Shown here piece after piece: positions 58,450-64,000 of a stretch of DNA of 64,000 bases (the stretch's first letter is position 1; every line of letters begins with the position of its first letter). The DNA is from Lepidodermella squamata (lineage: Eukaryota > Animalia > Gastrotricha), in assembly GCA_047495785.1 (NCBI GenBank), contig JBLDXI010000029.1, forward strand, positions 3,782,001 through 3,846,000, read 5' to 3'. The notes beneath the pieces were generated by a model, which searched no databases, was not told the DNA's origin, and was given only the letters and a program-made list of their open reading frames with translations. Made by a program: the position numbers and the translations under genes.

Positions 58450-59829
58450 ATGCGGAATAACCTAAGATTTGTGCGTCTTATACACCCAGTTTGTATTCAA
58501 CCCTATTTCCTATGAATTTTGTTACAAAAGTTTTATAATTTAGGCTCTGCTTTTGCTGCTGATCTGCCACTTCGCAATTGCTGATTTGTTCTCAACAAGT
58601 AATATCAGATTTTGTTGTTCCAAGGTTTGTTTTATTTGCAATATTATAGCCTGCTCCAATCCAAGCGACAAATGTGGCGATAACGAAAGATGCGAAGCTT
58701 TTGCTGGCTTAGTAAATTTCACGAACCAAGCTTTCCTCAAGAACCTTTTGTTCATTTTCATGCCAGGACCCACCCTGCAAAACGAAAGCTTGCATTTGCA
58801 ACGACTGTGCTAATCGAAACACATATGGAAAATGCATTCCAAGTAAGATTTCCTTAGCTAAGAGATGTTTAAAACGGATATTTTAGCTCGAATTCTAGTT
58901 CAAAACTTGCACCGCCAAGATTGAGTTCCCAGAACTAAATTATTCCGATTCCCCACGATTTCGACATTATTTGCTTTACTTGATAGATTCTGGCCCGATA
59001 GATGAGCCTGGGATTAAGGGACCTACATCTGAGAAGAGATATTGTTCACTGTAACTTCTGAAAGGAATCGGAAAGAACTTGGAATCGATTTACGATTGAT
59101 GCTTGCGATTGATGGCTTGGCCTTAGATTTTGGGAAAAAATGAAGTTTCTTCTCCATATTTTTTTCAAATTAGAGAGCCTAACTTTAGGGTATCCAGACA
59201 CTCCTTCTCAATGCTATTAAACGTCCTATTTTTCAGCTAAATACATCTATAACCTCGACGACCCTTGTACACAAAATTCAGCGAACGAGGTGATAATTAT
59301 TCCGAGGTCTTACTGCAAGGAGAACAACAAGGTCGCCTGTCTACTGGACCCTGAGGGCTTCAATGGCTGTTCAGCTGGTACCAATTGCACGGCGGCAAAC
59401 CCGATGTGCGCTGGCTTCAATCGCGAATGCCAAAACGGGTTGTGCTTATGCACGGGCCAGAACGAGCGTTTCGAATACGACAAGGGTGGATGTCGCGAGC
59501 GGAAGTTAGGTGACAAATGCGAAATTCAAAATGACTGCGCTTCTCCAGATGGCAGCAACATGATGACCTGCACGAGTGGGAAGTGCGCATGTGATACGGC
59601 GAGAGCAAATGAAGTTCAAGTCATGGCGTGGAACGATGATACGGACATTTTTGAGACCAAGTCGATTTGTTTGAATAAGAAGGCAACGGCGAATGTTAAG
59701 CAGGGCCAACCGTGTACTGTTGCGATTGTTCAGAATAACTTTGCCGAGGATTCGTTGGCTTGCGACAAATCGCTCGTCTGTTTCGCATGTCCAGAAGACA
59801 ATTCAAAGGGATTATGCCGTAAGTTTTGA
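58450..59829 (+). CDS. Cys-rich secreted protein (EB-module-like), paralog B; last exon not resolved
   Basis: Same exon series as 49186-50790 (MRNNLRF/ALLLLICHFAIA, CSNPSDKCGDNERC, DPPCKTKACIC, KLGDKCEIQNDC..CPEDNSKGLC); GTAAGT donor at 59819. Confidence 0.7.
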
Positions 59830-62800
59830 AGTTTGAAGTATGATTCGGTCTGGGAAGAATTATGATCCAAAGTTAATACTTTTCTCTATAAGCATTTTTC
59901 CAGAGAAACTTTTCCCTATCTTGAAATTGTCCCTCTGCTTTGGGTAAGGTTACGTAAACCGAATTCTCTCGTTAACAATCACCGGGAAATTCCATAGTTT
60001 GACATTATTGGAAGTGTTTTGGAGGATTCCCAAACCTGGGGCCCTTGGGACCTTGGGAAATGCAGATTATGTCTTAGTGGTGATACTGAAGTTACTTTGT
60101 TTGGTTCCAGGAAAAGTTGTCCAGCCGTTCCAAAAAACCGCAGAACAATGTGGATGGCGAGCTTTTGTATTCAATGGTACTTCACGACCGCTGGATAACG
60201 CTCCGAGATACGTCCCGCCTGCAAAGGTGAAATCTGGGGCATTGAAACATCATGCCGGGGCCTTCATTACGCTATCGCTTACGAGTATTGGCTATTTATC
60301 ACAGACCACGAGCCTTTAAAGGGAATTTGTAAATTCAACTGCAAGAAACATTCATTTCTTTGTTGCTAAGCTGTTGACTGAAGATACGACATGACGTTTA
60401 CAGCTCTGGCTTTGTCATACACATTTTCTGTATTTACATCTGTCGACATTTCGTAACAATCCTCAATGTCACTTTTCCTTCAAGAGATGACTGTTGGCAG
60501 TAAATTAGTTCGATGATCTTGCTAAAACGATTTCGCATGCTTCTTTTGCATTTTCATTTTCGTGTCAGCAATGTTTATTTCGGTCATAAAAAGGTCGCAG
60601 GCTGTGACTGATACGATTACAATACCGGAAAGAAGTAGGATAATTGCTTGAAAATTCCAGAAACTGAGCAAATTCCCCGTAATTTTATGGTAATCCTCTT
60701 AAAAGGCTTTTTGCTGTTCCCGTTTCGTAAAATACAGTTTGGAACTCTACATTCTAAATGAAGCCATGAAATCAGAAGAAAAATGATCGCTAAATCGTAA
60801 ATTATCGATGAGATTTCTGAGCAATTGCCGTAATCTGAGCGTGGGCTAACGATTAAAAAATCGCAATCATGGTGATTCTGGCGAAAATTGTCACGGTTGA
60901 CTAGATCTGAAATAACTGGCGAAATAACAGCTAACCGCTCTAAAATCGCCTATCAAAACCTGCGAAAAATGCGACTCAGATAATCAAAATGGTTCAATTT
61001 TAAACATGATGGCCGCGCCCGTATGCGTCTGCTGAGAAGGCGAGTTTCTGCCTCATCGCATATTGCATTATCGCGGCGCGACCAGTACTTATATGAGCAT
61101 ATCAATTTTTGACAGGAAAGCCTGCATTGGCAAGGGAGTGCGCTACCGAAGGCCTTTTTCCATGTAACACCCAGAAAAAATTCATTCGCTCCAATTTATG
61201 ATTCTCATTAGTTAACTTTCTGCAGAATACCGGGCACCAACTGCAAAAAATCCCGGTTCTTATGCTAAAAAATCCTTTTTTTTATGCAAGATAAACGCTG
61301 TTACATTGCTCAATATAGAATTGTCCTCAAAAATATAGGTCGATTTGCTGTTTGCTGTGCCAATTCGATATTTTACGATATATAATATTCGTAGATCGTC
61401 GATACCTGAAATCGCCGTACTTGATTTATTCATCTCAAGTCGTCTTCGACTCGTTCCGATTCGTAAATCTCGGCCAGCTTCGTTCAGATATGAACTCTTT
61501 ACTCATGTTATAGCAGACAAAAATGGAACGCACATACAACGCACATACCGTTTTCATGCAGAAAACTTACTGATTGCTCGCATCTCATGCGAAATATTAG
61601 ACAATTCGTATGGGTAATGCTTCTGCTGCCCGAGAACAAGTTACGCCGCTCGCAAGCATATGAATTACTACGCGGCAGCGCTTATACATAGGATTTTTTT
61701 GAAAAGTTCCCTTCCTTCCACTTCTTCTAGCGCTTCCCATACTTCTTCACGATAACTAAAGTGGCAGTCTCCCAGTCCATAAAATGTAAAAAGTAATAAA
61801 CAATAATTGCTCAAAGACAACGCAATATTACCGTCGTCGTAAGTCGTCAGGCTGCCCAAATTATGTTGATCAGTTCACTCTGCCACTCTGCATATTCCTA
61901 TTTCCTCTATCGCCATTAGCATAGACAACTCTATACAGATCGGAAACTAACGATCTTCCTATAGTAAATAAATTCACACCAAAACGTGAACAAGTGGGCA
62001 CGCGACCTTCATTTTTATTCACTCATCGCCCTATCCGCCCATAGTAATTTTTCCGATTTTTAATTATTTTCTAAAATTCCCAGAGAAAATCTTTCATTTC
62101 CCAAAAATTTTAAACAAATTTACCGGAATAATAGAAGCGCTCCTCTATCGAATGAGTCCCGTCTCATGAGACGGTTTTTTCCTAAATTTATTAAAATTTT
62201 CTTAAAGTTTGTCACTTTTACGAAAAATTGCCATTTCAAGACTTTCAGGACGGTACAATTTTTCATTTTAAGCCGAAAAATTCCGAAAAAAATACTATGA
62301 TCTTATTTGATTTTTTCTCTACCCAACGATATAAAACTCGTAAATGTAATATTGGGCTTTCGCGTAAAAACCCCACGCTCGTGTCGATTCTTTTACGCCA
62401 GGAGTTGTTTCCCTGCTGAGATTTCCTTTCGATTTCTATGGTTAATTCAACGTCGTCTATCACCCCCATGAAATGCTACCCTTATCTCCCAGGTACTTTT
62501 CCAGTTTCCGTCAAAATTCGGAATAATGGATACATGATTGAAGCAGGAATTTCCGAACCAGGTTAAAGCTGTTTAAAAGGCTAAAGAATCTCTATTTTAC
62601 TGAGGTAGGACACTCCTACTGTTAATGCGTCGAAGATTTACAGGGCGCGTCTCTTTTAGTGGTAATAATCTATGCTAGAAATATCATTGTAATATTAGTA
62701 GCCAGAATTCGAAGACGTTGAAGAAATCGACACTGAAACAATTCTAGCTGAAAATCATTCTGCAGTACTATAGTCCATCTTCCATTGAGCTTACAAGCAG

Positions 62801-64000
62801 CATGCTATCGAGCATTATTCTGGTGAGATGTTTTGAAAAAGCAATTCATATTTGTTTTGTATATCGGCTCTGAAAAAACAGATGTTTTCTCTTGCATCGA
62901 GCGCAATTGGGCAACCCATGGGGAAAAGTAAGTCTCACGAGGTAGTGGAGAGTTTCTTTTTAGAAATGTCTTTTTGATTATTAATGGATTAATTGATAGA
63001 TTGCACGGATGCCTCGGTGCAATGCCCACAGCATCAAAGATGCGAATCCTTCTCGACTTTTGTAAGAAACACTGTGGAACCACTACATCGTTGAGTTTCA
63101 GCACGCGCGCTAATTGGTCAACGGTATTTGCATTTCGGCCAGTATGCGACTTTCAGGGGGGATGTGGGATCATCTCCCCCAGCTCAGCCGGGCCAGACAG
63201 CAAAATCAGAATTTATCCCACTGTTTTGTTAATTTTGGAAGGTTCTGGGGCGTGTTTTAGTGGAAAATTTCCAAAACTTTCTCGCTTCGCTCGGTTATTA
63301 GCCGAAATGACTCGTCGGCGTGCACGACCAAATAATTTTTTCCATCCCAGGGAGCTCGGGGATCGAAGATCGCACCCTGATTTTGGTCGCGCATTCGACC
63401 AATATGTTTAATGAGAAAATGACATTTCCAAACCACTTGCATAGTTTCAAATGACTACGGCAGTATGTTCGCAAACTCAGTTAAGTACCGGCAATTTTGG
63501 CGGCAGAAAATGTCCCTAACACTCTCGTCGTCTTAATCCAGCCGCACTGCCGGCTTATTTGTACATGTCATCGGCCAAATCAACTGATGTTCTTTGTAAA
63601 CATTGTCTCCTAATCAAGATTTCGACGAGAAAATTCAAAATTAATACCTATTTCCAATTTTCTACGGTGAATGATGCAGAACATTTCGCCGCATTGCGTT
63701 TGAAAGGAGCTAGGAGCTACTCAATCTTTATTATTCATAAGACATTCATCATGAACATATAACATAGTGGCTTCTTTCAAACGCAATGCGACGATTTTAT
63801 GAGACTACCCAAAAGGCACAATTGCAGTCTTGGAACCAGAATCAACTAATTCTAGACAATTGAAAACTGGTGACAATTGAGGGGAGTCATAGAAACGACC
63901 CATTGACCAATCAGCGTGGACTTTCTAGTGGTTTCTTAATGAAGGCTATGCAAAATGCCTGCTTTTCTAATTTACTGCTTATCTAGGATCCACCATGCAA

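Noticed and set aside
60305-60368. Defensin-like stretch GICKFNCKKHSFLCC after an AG
   Set aside because: Cannot be tied reliably to a gene; it may be the last exon of paralog B or chance.
61400-63400. Possible decayed transposase (KDZ/Zisupton-like FDAVG..RH)
   Set aside because: Frames are heavily broken, with only one weak motif and no termini found.
128-63762. Most short ORFs in the six-frame track
   Set aside because: Antisense or alternate-frame shadows of real genes, or AT-rich intron and transposon sequence with non-ATG starts.

Overview
Eukaryotic, metazoan-type DNA from a compact invertebrate genome: mostly 48-72 nt GT-AG introns, short intergenic gaps and many non-autonomous DNA transposons. 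The lineage cannot be fixed from sequence alone. No rRNA, tRNA or CRISPR array was found. The window is a duplication-rich cluster of secreted and cell-surface genes: a Cys-rich secreted family with a large inverted duplication (1-7 kb), an intronless HD hydrolase, a prepropeptide hidden by a GC-AG intron, a GT32 glycosyltransferase, three intronless atypical Cys-loop channels each sitting just behind a GT32 last exon, a PQQ/BamB-like propeller with a GPI-like tail, LamG-EGF genes, a PAN/apple protein, an RDH-type SDR, two FAAH-like amidases, an ankyrin protein, two Cys-rich paralogs, an RTE-like LINE, a multi-exon nAChR-like subunit and a GPI-like C-CC-C repeat protein. The strongest candidate for a new system is a MET-like receptor tyrosine kinase (34097-31918) whose ectodomain resembles the perforin-2/MPEG1 P2 domain, together with a kinase-less paralog (11548-10568) that could be a decoy or co-receptor. 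All gene models and homologies were read by eye; no database searches were run.
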